DNA of 64,000 nt from Candidatus Latescibacterota bacterium (GTDB lineage Bacteria > Latescibacterota > UBA2968 > UBA8231), in assembly GCA_964291625.2 (NCBI GenBank), contig OZ220089.1, positions 4,704,001 through 4,768,000 of the forward strand, written 5' to 3'. Of the stretch, positions 29,593 to 38,360 are shown piece by piece. Below the pieces are notes generated by a model. That model did not search any database. It worked only from the letters and a program-made list of their open reading frames with translations, and was not told where the DNA came from. Each line of letters opens with the position of its first letter. The stretch's first letter is position 1. Made by a program: the position numbers and the translations under genes.

Positions 29593-30585
29593 TCACCCGG
29601 TGTTGGTCAGCACCTTGGCGCCCTCGGTGTCGAAGCGGAAGCCCATCTCGCGCAGGCCCTTCTGCCGCATCCGCTGCAGCAGGGCCTCGCGGGCGCCGGG
29701 GGGAGTATAGAACATCAGGAAGCCGCCGCCGCCGGCCCCCATCAGCTTGCCCCCGAGGGCGCCGGCGCGCCTCGCCTCGTCGTACCACCGGTCGATCTCG
29801 GGGTTGGACATCTTCGAGGAGCGCCTCTTCTTGGTCTCCCAGTGGGTGTGCAGCAGGTCGCCGAAGCGGTCGAGGTCGCCGGCCTCGAGGGCGTCGCGGA
29901 TGGCCAGGCCGAGGGACTTGATCTCGTGCAGGCCGTCGACGACGGAGGCCTTGCCGGCGCGCGTCTCCTCCTCCTGCTGCGAGAGGATGTCGAAGCTCTC
30001 GCGCTGGATGCCGGTGTAGAGCAGGACGAGGCGGCGGCCAAGCTCGTCCAGGGTCTCGCCGGAGACGCGGGGGCCGCTCACCGACACGCGGCCCCCGGAG
30101 TCGATGTCGAGGCAGGTGAGGCCCCCGAAGGCGGCCAGGTAGTGGTCGTGCTTGCCCGCCGGCTGGCCGGCGCGCGCCGTCTCCACGTGGTGGGCCTCGT
30201 CGGCCAGGTGGGCCCGCGGCAGGGGCCGGCCCGCGAACTCGCGCAGGGCGGCCAGGAGGGCCACGGTGAAGGCCCCGGAGGAGCCCAGGCCGGTGCGCCC
30301 CGGTACGTCGGCCATGGCGCCGATCTCGAGGCCGCCCTCGATGCCCAGGTGGAGGAGGGACTCGCGCAGCAGCGGGTGCTCCAGGTCGGCGGCGTGGTCG
30401 ACGCGCTCGGTGCGGGAGTACTTGACGCGCACGAAGTCCTCCACCTGGAGGGCGTTGAGCTGGATGTAGACGTACTTGTCGATGGCGGCGGAGAGGATGA
30501 AGCCGCCGTGGCGGCCGGCATAGGAGGGCAGGTCGGTGCCGCCCCCGCCGAGGGGGATCCTCAGGGGCGCCCGGGTGGTGATCAC
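29593..30585 (-). CDS. hddA: GHMP kinase, D-glycero-alpha-D-manno-heptose-7-phosphate kinase-like
   Basis: TRAPLRI.LGGGGTD, GLGSSG, GK.D.Y.AAFGG, GGKLMGAGGGGF. GTG start at 30585. Confidence 0.85.
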   Translation of the reverse strand: MITTRAPLRIPLGGGGTDLPSYAGRHGGFILSAAIDKYVYIQLNALQVEDFVRVKYSRTERVDHAADLEHPLLRESLLHLGIEGGLEIGAMADVPGRTGLGSSGAFTVALLAALREFAGRPLPRAHLADEAHHVETARAGQPAGKHDHYLAAFGGLTCLDIDSGGRVSVSGPRVSGETLDELGRRLVLLYTGIQRESFDILSQQEEETRAGKASVVDGLHEIKSLGLAIRDALEAGDLDRFGDLLHTHWETKKRRSSKMSNPEIDRWYDEARRAGALGGKLMGAGGGGFLMFYTPPGAREALLQRMRQKGLREMGFRFDTEGAKVLTNTG

Positions 30586-31724
30586 GCCGCCCGCTCCGCC
30601 CCGGAGGCGGCGGCCCGGCGGATGACGCCGGCGGCGCGCATGGTCCTGCGGCTGCGGGCGTAGAACTCGCCCAGGTCCGGCTGCTCCCGCACCCATTCCA
30701 CGTAGTCGCCCAGGAACTCCTCCGGCGCCGCTCCCGGGCGCCAGCCGAGGCCGCCCAGGCGCTCCCCGGAGGAGACGGTGTGGCGGGCGTCGCCCAGGCG
30801 GTACTCGCCGGTGATCTCGGGCTCGAGGCCCTCCCGGCCGCAGATGGCCGAGAGCATCCGCGCCACCTCGACCACGCTGGTGGCGCCGCGGCCGGGCACG
30901 TTCAGGTTCGTGAAGTCGGTGCGGTCGTCCTCGAGGGCGAGGACGTTGGCGCGGGCCACGTCCTCCACGTGGACGTAGTCCCGCCGCTGGCGGCCGTCCT
31001 CGTAGATCACCGGGGCGCGGCCGTGGAGCAGCTGCAGGGTGAAGATCCGGGCGACGCCGCTGTAGGCGTTGTAGAAGGAGTTGCGCCTCCCCTGCACGAT
31101 GGAGTAGCGCATGTTGGTCACCGGGATGGCGTAGCGCCGGCCCAGGTTCAGGGCCGCCATCTCCAGGGAGTACTTGGAGATGCCGTACGCCGTGTGGGGG
31201 TGGAGGGGCAGGTCCTCGGTCAGGGGCAGGGGCTCGGCGGGGCCCCCGCAGGAGGGGCAGCGGACCTCCCAGTCGCCCCGCGAGAGCTGCTCCCGCGACC
31301 GCGCCGGGGGGTGGACGGTCCCGCAGCCGGCGCAGCGGTAGCTGCCCTCTCCGTACACGGCCTGGGAGGAGGCCAGCACGATCTTGCGCAGCGGCAGACG
31401 CAGGGAGACGGCGATCTCGAAGAGCAGGGCCGTGCCCACCGTGTTGACGGCGAAGTAGGTGCTGAAGTCCGGCATGTAGTCCTGGTAGGCCGCCAGGTGG
31501 ACGACGCCGTCGACCCCCTCCAGGGCCCGCCGGAGACCGCCGGCGTCGCGCACGTCGCCGCGGACGCGGTCGATCCCCGCCGGCAGGTAGTCCGGCCAGC
31601 CGTCGGGATGGACGCGCTCCTGCAGGGCGTCGTAGACGCGCACCTCGTAGCCGCGCTCGAGGAGCAGGTCGACGGTGTGGGAGCCGATGAAGCCGGCGCC
31701 TCCGGTGACCAGGATTCTCTCCAT
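30582..31724 (-). CDS. NAD-dependent epimerase/dehydratase with a CxxC...CxxC insert
   Basis: TGGAGFIGSH, ASS.AVYG, YGISK, RDYVHVEDV. Confidence 0.92.
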   Translation of the reverse strand: MERILVTGGAGFIGSHTVDLLLERGYEVRVYDALQERVHPDGWPDYLPAGIDRVRGDVRDAGGLRRALEGVDGVVHLAAYQDYMPDFSTYFAVNTVGTALLFEIAVSLRLPLRKIVLASSQAVYGEGSYRCAGCGTVHPPARSREQLSRGDWEVRCPSCGGPAEPLPLTEDLPLHPHTAYGISKYSLEMAALNLGRRYAIPVTNMRYSIVQGRRNSFYNAYSGVARIFTLQLLHGRAPVIYEDGRQRRDYVHVEDVARANVLALEDDRTDFTNLNVPGRGATSVVEVARMLSAICGREGLEPEITGEYRLGDARHTVSSGERLGGLGWRPGAAPEEFLGDYVEWVREQPDLGEFYARSRRTMRAAGVIRRAAASGAERAA

Positions 31725-31770
31725 GTTCCGGCTTTCGGGGGGATCCAGGGGGTTCTTGCGAAAGGCTCCA

Positions 31771-31799
31771 AATGTAGGCCGGACTTAAGGTTACGGCAA
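31771..31799 (-). promoter_or_regulatory. sigma70-type promoter for the heptose operon
   Basis: Minus strand TTGCCG-N17-TACATT. Confidence 0.5.
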
Positions 31800-31807
31800 A
31801 TCCCGCA

Positions 31808-31836
31808 TTGACCTGTCCGGCCCCCGGGGATAGCTT
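31808..31836 (+). promoter_or_regulatory. sigma70-type promoter for the YfhO operon
   Basis: TTGACC-N17-TAGCTT, back-to-back with the divergent promoter. Confidence 0.55.
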
Positions 31837-31877
31837 GGGAGGCCCCTCCACCCGACGCGGCGAGCCTCGGAAGAGCG

Positions 31878-34379
31878 ATGCGCCACATGGCCTCCCGGAC
31901 GCTTCCCATCCCCGCTGACCGGCTCGCCGGCCCCGCCTGCCTGGCGGGTCTCGCCCTGGCCGTGGCCTCCCTCTTCCCCGGCGTCCTGCAGGGCGGGGTG
32001 TTCTTCGTGCAGGACGTGATGGTGCAGAACGTCCCCTGGCGCCACTTCCTGCACGAGGCCCTCGCCGAGGGCCGGCTGCCGCTGTGGGAGCCGAGCGTCA
32101 GCTGCGGGTTCCCGCTCTTCGCCGAGGGCCAGGTGGGGGCCCTGTACCCGCCCAACTGGCTGCTGGCCCCGCTGCCGCCGGCGGCCGCCGTGACCTGGTC
32201 GGTCCTCGGCCACCTCTGGCTGGCCGCCGCCGCCACCTGGGGCTTCCTGCGCGCCCTCGGCTGCGGCCGTCTGGCGGCGCTCACCGGGGGGCTGACCTAC
32301 GGCCTCGGCGGCTACCTCGTGGTGCGCGCCATGTCCCCCAACTTCGTCGCCGCCGCCGCCCTGCTGCCGGTGCTGTTCTGGCTCCTGGAGACCGGCCTCG
32401 CCCGCGGGCGGCCGGTGCGCGTCGTCCTGGCCGGAGGGGCGGCGGCCCTGCTGCTGCTGGCCGGCCACCCGCAGGCGGCCCTCTACGGCGCCGCGGCGGC
32501 CTCCGCCTACGGGGCGCTGCGGGCCTGGCAGCTCGGGCGGCGGCAGGCGGTCCTGGCGGCGCTGCTGGCCGTGCCGGGGGCCGCGATCGCGGCCGTGCAG
32601 TTGCTGCCGACCTGGGAGCTGGCCGCCGAGTCCGGCCGCGGCGGCGGCCTCGGGTACGAGCAGTTCGTCAACATGTCCCTGCCGCCCGAGCGTCTCCTCG
32701 GCCTGCTGCTCCCCGGCTTCTTCGGCAACTCGGCGACGGGGTCGTACTGGGGCCGGGAGGCGGGGTTCTTCATCCAGCTCTGCCCCTACATCGGCGTCAC
32801 CGGCCTGGTGCTGGCCCTGGTCGGCGCCCGCGAGGCGGAGTCGCCGGCCCGGGGCTTCTTCGCCCTCCTCGCCGTCCTCGGCCTGACCCTCTCCCTGGGC
32901 CACTACTCGGGCCTGTTCCACGCCCTCCACGAGGTCCCCTTCCTGCGCCAGCTGCGCATCCCCACCCGCTTCCTGCTGTGGTGGGCCTTCGGCGGTGCCG
33001 TCCTGGCCGGCCTCGGCGTCCACCGCCTCGCCGACGGCCGGCCGTTGCGGACCTCGTGGGTGCGGGTCTGCGTCCTCCTCGCCCTCGCTGCAGGGCTCGC
33101 GGCCCTGGTCAACCGCGCCGTCCTCTGGGGCGGGGCGGCCCTCCCCCCCGGCAGCGAGCTCCTGGTCGAGCGCTACCGCGCCGACCTGGCCGCCGATCTG
33201 TGGCGCCTGGGCCCGGTCCTGCTCGCCATGGCCCTGCTCACCTGCGGCCCGGTCCGGCGCCGCCTCGGCCCGCGGTTGCCGGCGGCGGCCATCGTCGTCC
33301 TCTGCGCGCTGGAGCTGAACGACTTCGGACGGCCCTTCAACGGGGTCCTGCCGCCGGAGGTCTACGAGCGGGTCCCGCCGGCGGCGCAGGCGATCCTGGC
33401 CGACGCCGGCCGCTGGCGGCCGGGGTCCGGACCCGGCGTGCCCACGGCCGGGCTGGTGCGCGTGGCCAGCCTCGTGTCGGAGCGCAACTCCCCCTACGAC
33501 TGGCACGGCGGCTGGGCCCACGACCTCTCCTCGTACGAGCGCTACCCGGGGACCCTGCGCATGTACTCGGCGGGCCTCTTCGGCCTGGCCAACACCCTGC
33601 CGGGGTGGAGCCCCCTGCACCCGCGCCGCCACTGGGAGCTGGTCAGGGCCTATCCGGTTCGGCTGGACCTGGCCAACGCCGGGTACGTGGTCAGCCACCG
33701 GGCCCTGTCGTGGCCGGGTCTGGAGTTGGTGCACGAGGGAGAGGAGCGGGTCTACCGCAACCGGGAGGCCCTGCCCAGGGCCTGGGTCGCGCCCGAGGCC
33801 CTGGTCGAGCCCGACCCCCGCCGGCGCCTGGCGCGGCTGCGCTCCCCCGGGTTCGATGCGGGGCGGCAGGTCCTCCTCGACCGGCCTCCGGGGTCGGCCC
33901 CAGGTCCGGGAGCCGGGTACGCTCCGGCGCGCATCACCCGCTACGAGGCGACGGGCGTCGAGGTGGAGCTGCCCGGCCGGGACGGGTTCCTGGTGCTGGC
34001 CGACAGCTACGCGCCGGGGTGGGAGGCGCGGGTCGACGGCCGCGAGCGGGAGATCCTGCGGGCGAACCACGTCTTCCGGGCGGTGCCGGTGACGGCGGCG
34101 GACCTCCGCGTCTCCTTCCGCTACCGGCCGGCCTCGCTGGCGCGGGGCGCGGCCATCGCCACGGCAGCGGCCCTCCTGTGGACAGCCGCCCTGTGGCGGG
34201 CCCGGCGCTGGCGCTGGCCGCCGCCGGCGGAGGGGTCGGAGGTCCGGGGCGCCATGCCGCCGGTGCACGCGGCCGTGCAGGTGGCGGCCGTGGTCGTGCT
34301 CCACGGCATCGCCCGGGAGACGGCCCTGTGGGCGCAGAGCCTGGAGCGCATGCGGCTGCTGGCGGTGCTGGCCGGGTAG
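31878..34379 (+). CDS. YfhO family multi-pass membrane protein (GT-C-like)
   Basis: LPLWEP...GFPLFA....GALYP, GHPQ, QLLPT.E, C-terminal LVLADSY.PGW.ARVDG...ANHVFRAV. Confidence 0.85.
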   Translation: MRHMASRTLPIPADRLAGPACLAGLALAVASLFPGVLQGGVFFVQDVMVQNVPWRHFLHEALAEGRLPLWEPSVSCGFPLFAEGQVGALYPPNWLLAPLPPAAAVTWSVLGHLWLAAAATWGFLRALGCGRLAALTGGLTYGLGGYLVVRAMSPNFVAAAALLPVLFWLLETGLARGRPVRVVLAGGAAALLLLAGHPQAALYGAAAASAYGALRAWQLGRRQAVLAALLAVPGAAIAAVQLLPTWELAAESGRGGGLGYEQFVNMSLPPERLLGLLLPGFFGNSATGSYWGREAGFFIQLCPYIGVTGLVLALVGAREAESPARGFFALLAVLGLTLSLGHYSGLFHALHEVPFLRQLRIPTRFLLWWAFGGAVLAGLGVHRLADGRPLRTSWVRVCVLLALAAGLAALVNRAVLWGGAALPPGSELLVERYRADLAADLWRLGPVLLAMALLTCGPVRRRLGPRLPAAAIVVLCALELNDFGRPFNGVLPPEVYERVPPAAQAILADAGRWRPGSGPGVPTAGLVRVASLVSERNSPYDWHGGWAHDLSSYERYPGTLRMYSAGLFGLANTLPGWSPLHPRRHWELVRAYPVRLDLANAGYVVSHRALSWPGLELVHEGEERVYRNREALPRAWVAPEALVEPDPRRRLARLRSPGFDAGRQVLLDRPPGSAPGPGAGYAPARITRYEATGVEVELPGRDGFLVLADSYAPGWEARVDGREREILRANHVFRAVPVTAADLRVSFRYRPASLARGAAIATAAALLWTAALWRARRWRWPPPAEGSEVRGAMPPVHAAVQVAAVVVLHGIARETALWAQSLERMRLLAVLAG

Positions 34380-34383
34380 CGCC

Positions 34384-36255
34384 GTGGACCGGACCCGCCT
34401 GGCCGCCGCCGCCGTCTTCGGCCTCGCCGCGATCAGCTACCTGCTGACCCTCTGCCCCTCGGTCTACGTCGAGGGCTCGGGGGAGCTGATCGGGGCCGTC
34501 TGGGGCCTGGGCACGCCGCACCCGACCGGGTATCCCCTGTACGTGCTTCTGGCGAAGGTGCTCTCCTGGCTCGATCCGGGGGTTTCGCCGGCGCGGGCGG
34601 TGAACGCCGCCACCTGCCTGATGGCGGCGGCCGCCGCCGGCTCCCTGGCCCTCTTCCTCCAGGGCCGCGGGTGCGGCCCGGCGGCGGCCGCGGCGGCGGG
34701 GCTGGCCCTGGCCTGGAGCCGCACGTTCTGGAGCCAGGCGGTGATCTCCGAGGTCTACGGCCTCTTCGTCCTGGCCGCGGTGGCGCTCCTCGGCGCCGGG
34801 CTCCGGGCGCGGTCCTGCGGTCCCGCCGACCGCCCCCGGTGGCTGCTGCTGACCGGGTACGCCGCCGGCCTCGCCGCCACCTGCCACCTGCAGGCGGTCC
34901 TGCTGGTGCCGCCGGTGCTGGTGGCGGCCCTCGGGCCGGCGCGGCGTACGCCCGTCGAGGGGGGACGGCGGCTGCGCGAAGCGGGATGGATGGCGGCGGG
35001 CGGGGCCGCCGGCCTGAGCCCGTGGATCTACCTGCCGGTGCGCAACGGCGTCGGCGCCGGTTTCCACTGGGGCCCCCTGGACTCGATCCCGGCCCTGTGG
35101 GAGCACCTCACCGGGGCCACCTACCGCGGCTCCTTCTTCAGCCTGCCCTGGGGGGCCGCGGCGATCAACGCCCGGCGCCTGGGCGAGCAACTGGCGGGGG
35201 AGTGGACGCCCCTGTTCCTGCCCCTGATCGCCTGGGGGGCGGCGGCGGCCTTGCGGCGCGACCCGGTCCTGGCGCGGGTGCTGCTGGCGGCGGCGGTCCT
35301 CAACCTGGTCACGGCCCTGGGCTACCACCGCAACCCGCAGGGACTGGACGTGTTCTTCCTGCTGGCGGTGCTGTGCGCCGCCGCCCTGGCCGGGTTCGGC
35401 CTCGACGACTTGGCGCGGCGGCTGCGGGGCCGGCTCCGCCGGCTGGCGCCGGCGGCGGTCCTCGCCTGCGCCGCCATCCCCCTCGCCGCCAACCTCGGGG
35501 AGGCCGACCGGAGCGGCGCCTGGTTCCCGGACCTCTACGGGCGCCGGCTGCTGGACGAGCTGCCCCCCCGGGCGGTGCTGATCACCGAGGGGGACGACGC
35601 CAGCTTCCTCGTGGACTACCTGCAGCGGGTGGAGGGGGTGCGCCCGGACGTGACCATCGCCAACCGCCTGGGCCGCGGCGATCCCACCGCCGCCGCCGGC
35701 CCGGAGGGGGCGCCGCGGCGCCGGCGCCGGGAGCGGGCCTGGATGAACTCCGAGCGTCCCGTTCACTTCCTGGTGGCGCGGCGCCCGCCCGAGGGGTTCG
35801 GCTTCGAGCCCCGGGGGCTGAGCTATCTCGCCGTCCGCGGGCGCCAGGGCGGCGGCCCGGACAGGTCCGCCGATCCCGCGGACTGGCTGGAAGGGGCGGA
35901 TCCCGCCCTCCTGGAGTCGCCGGACCCGTGGGTGCGCAAGCTGGTGGCCAACGGCTGGTTCATGTCGGGGGAACGCCACCGCCACGCCGGGGACCTTCAG
36001 GAGGCCGCGGCGGCGTACCGGCGCGCGGCGGCGGCCGCTCCGGGATCTCAGTCGACGAATTACAACGTGAGCCTCATGTTGTTCCGCATGAACGAGTTGG
36101 GAGAGTCACTCAGGTACGCTCTTCGAGCCCTGGAGATCGATCCCGTGCGCACCGGACCGTACCGGCTGGCGGCGCAGGTCCTGTCGCGGATGGGCCGGGC
36201 GGGGGAGGCGGAGGCGCTGCAGGCGAGAGCCCGGGAATGGGCCCGGGCGCGGTGA
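34384..36255 (+). CDS. DUF2723 (TMEM260-like) membrane glycosyltransferase with C-terminal TPR
   Basis: SGEL.....LG.PHPTGYPLY, WSQAVISEVY, IYLPVR, GDD.SF..YLQ.VEG.RPDV, TPR-like helices. Confidence 0.85.
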   Translation: MDRTRLAAAAVFGLAAISYLLTLCPSVYVEGSGELIGAVWGLGTPHPTGYPLYVLLAKVLSWLDPGVSPARAVNAATCLMAAAAAGSLALFLQGRGCGPAAAAAAGLALAWSRTFWSQAVISEVYGLFVLAAVALLGAGLRARSCGPADRPRWLLLTGYAAGLAATCHLQAVLLVPPVLVAALGPARRTPVEGGRRLREAGWMAAGGAAGLSPWIYLPVRNGVGAGFHWGPLDSIPALWEHLTGATYRGSFFSLPWGAAAINARRLGEQLAGEWTPLFLPLIAWGAAAALRRDPVLARVLLAAAVLNLVTALGYHRNPQGLDVFFLLAVLCAAALAGFGLDDLARRLRGRLRRLAPAAVLACAAIPLAANLGEADRSGAWFPDLYGRRLLDELPPRAVLITEGDDASFLVDYLQRVEGVRPDVTIANRLGRGDPTAAAGPEGAPRRRRRERAWMNSERPVHFLVARRPPEGFGFEPRGLSYLAVRGRQGGGPDRSADPADWLEGADPALLESPDPWVRKLVANGWFMSGERHRHAGDLQEAAAAYRRAAAAAPGSQSTNYNVSLMLFRMNELGESLRYALRALEIDPVRTGPYRLAAQVLSRMGRAGEAEALQARAREWARAR

Positions 36256-38360
36256 TGCCGCCGGGGACGCCGGCGGGCTCCTGGAGCGGCGAGGTGGCCG
36301 CGGCCATCGCCGCCCCGGCGGCCGGCCCGGTGTGGATCGACCTGCCCCAGGGGCCGGCCGCCGCCGGCGCCCTGGTCCGCCAGCGGCTGGCCGCGCTCCT
36401 CGACCAGGGAGTGAGCGGCGACGAGCTGCTGGTCCTGGTCCCGCAGCGCCCCCGCCGGCGGCTGGAGCCCGCCGGGGGACAGGGCCGCGGACGGGCGGCG
36501 GTCGCTCCCGAGATCCACACCTTCTACGGCCTGGCGGCGCGCATGGTGCGACTGTTCTGGCCGCGGATCGCCACCGGGGCCGGCTTCGGATCGCCCCTCG
36601 ACCCGCCGGTCCTGCTGACCTACGAGACCGCCCAGTACGTGATGAAGCAGATCGTCGACCCCCGCCTCGCCGAGGGCGCCTTCGACGGCCTCTCCCTGCG
36701 GCCCCAGAGACTGCTCTCGCAGCTGCTCGACAACCTCAACAAGGCCGGCGTCAACGGTTACGACATCGCCGAGGTCGGCCCCCGGCTGCGGGACTCGTGG
36801 ACGGCCCACAGGGAGGGCCGGGAGGTCTGGTTCGACCAGGCCCAGGGCTGCATCGAGGCCTACCGCGCCCACTGCCTGGAGCACAATCTGGTCGACGTCT
36901 CCCTCGTCCTCCACCTCTTCCGCCGGCACCTGCTGCCCTCCGACGAGTTCCGGCGCTACCTGGAGGGGCGCTTCCGGCACCTGCTGGTGGAGGCGGTGGA
37001 GGAGACGGTGCCCCTGGCCCAGGACTTCATCCGGCAGCGGCTGGAGGCCGTCGACTCGGCCTGGCTGGTGGCCCGGCGGGACGGGGGGTTCCGCGTCTTC
37101 CTCGGGGTCGATCCCGAGGGCGCCTGGTCCCTGCGGGAGGTCTGCGCCCGGCGCCTGCGGGTGCCCGATGAGCCGGTGCGGCCGACGGTCACCCTCGGGC
37201 GGGAGCTGTCCGCCGGCTTCGAGCCGCCCCGGGCCCCCGGCGAGACGCCCGACGAGGCCGCCGCCGGGGCCCTGCGCCTGCTCTCGGCGCGCCACCGCGG
37301 ACCGATGGTCGCCGAGGTCGCCGCCGAAGTCGTGCGCCTCGTCGAAGCGGGCGCCGCCGAGCCGGGGGAGATCGCCGTCGTCGCCCCCCACGCCGACGGC
37401 GTCCTGCGGTTCCTGGTGAGCGAGGCCCTCCGGGAGGCGCAGATCCCCTGCGCCGTGGTCCGCCGCTTCGAGAGCCTGCGCGAGGAGCCCGAGACGAGGG
37501 TCGCCCTGGCCCTGGCGGCGCTGGCCTACCCGGCCTGGGAGCACGCCCCCCACGCCAGCGACGTCGCCGAGGCGCTGCAGGCGGCCCTGAGCCTGGACCC
37601 GGTGCGCGCAAGGCTGCTGACGCGGGCGGCGTACGACGCCGGCTCCGGCGCCCTGCGCGAGCTGGGCGAGGGGGACCCGCGGCTCCGGGAGCGGCTGCCC
37701 CCGGGGGCCCTGGAGGCCTTCGAGACCCTGCGCCGCTGGCTGCGGGCGCGCCGGCAGGGCGAGCCCCAGCCCCTCGACCTCTTCCTCCGGCAGCTCTTCG
37801 GAGAGGTGCTGTCGCGGCCCGATCTCGACCCGGGGAGGGCGGCCATGTACGCGCGCCTGATCTCCTCGGCCTCCTGGTTCCGGCGCTCCGCCCCCTCCCT
37901 GGGCACCGGCCCCGACCCCGGGGGCACGGCCGAGGGCTACGCCCGCATGGTGGAGGAGGGGGTGGTGGCCGCCTCTCACCCTGCGGGCGCACAGCCGGCG
38001 GCGGCCGCCGTCCTCGTGGTGGCGCCGGTCTACACCTACCTGCTGGAGGAGCGGTTCGACCGCTACCAGTTCTGGCTCGACGCCGGATCGATCAGCTGGT
38101 GGGAGCCGCCGCACCAGCCGCTGACCAACCCCCACGTTCTGTCCCGCCGCTGGCGCCGGGACGCCCGCTGGACCGAGGCCGTCGACCACGAGACCCGCAA
38201 CCGCACCCTCGGCCGCCTGGTGCGGGGGTTGTGCAGCCGCGCCGGCGAGGCCGTCTACCTGTGCTGGAGCGAGACCGAGGCGGGCGGGCCCCCCGAGGAG
38301 GACAGTCCCCTGCTGCGGGCGGCGGCGCGGGTCGCCGGACCGGTGGAGCGGGCGGCGTGA
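36255..38360 (+). CDS. Degenerate UvrD/AddB-like helicase-fold protein (no Walker A)
   Basis: Remnant SF1 motifs LLVLVPQR, IHTFYGLA, HLLVEAVEE, EIAVVAP, LCSRAGEAVYL. No GKT. Coupled to the downstream helicase. Confidence 0.7.
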   Translation: MPPGTPAGSWSGEVAAAIAAPAAGPVWIDLPQGPAAAGALVRQRLAALLDQGVSGDELLVLVPQRPRRRLEPAGGQGRGRAAVAPEIHTFYGLAARMVRLFWPRIATGAGFGSPLDPPVLLTYETAQYVMKQIVDPRLAEGAFDGLSLRPQRLLSQLLDNLNKAGVNGYDIAEVGPRLRDSWTAHREGREVWFDQAQGCIEAYRAHCLEHNLVDVSLVLHLFRRHLLPSDEFRRYLEGRFRHLLVEAVEETVPLAQDFIRQRLEAVDSAWLVARRDGGFRVFLGVDPEGAWSLREVCARRLRVPDEPVRPTVTLGRELSAGFEPPRAPGETPDEAAAGALRLLSARHRGPMVAEVAAEVVRLVEAGAAEPGEIAVVAPHADGVLRFLVSEALREAQIPCAVVRRFESLREEPETRVALALAALAYPAWEHAPHASDVAEALQAALSLDPVRARLLTRAAYDAGSGALRELGEGDPRLRERLPPGALEAFETLRRWLRARRQGEPQPLDLFLRQLFGEVLSRPDLDPGRAAMYARLISSASWFRRSAPSLGTGPDPGGTAEGYARMVEEGVVAASHPAGAQPAAAAVLVVAPVYTYLLEERFDRYQFWLDAGSISWWEPPHQPLTNPHVLSRRWRRDARWTEAVDHETRNRTLGRLVRGLCSRAGEAVYLCWSETEAGGPPEEDSPLLRAAARVAGPVERAA

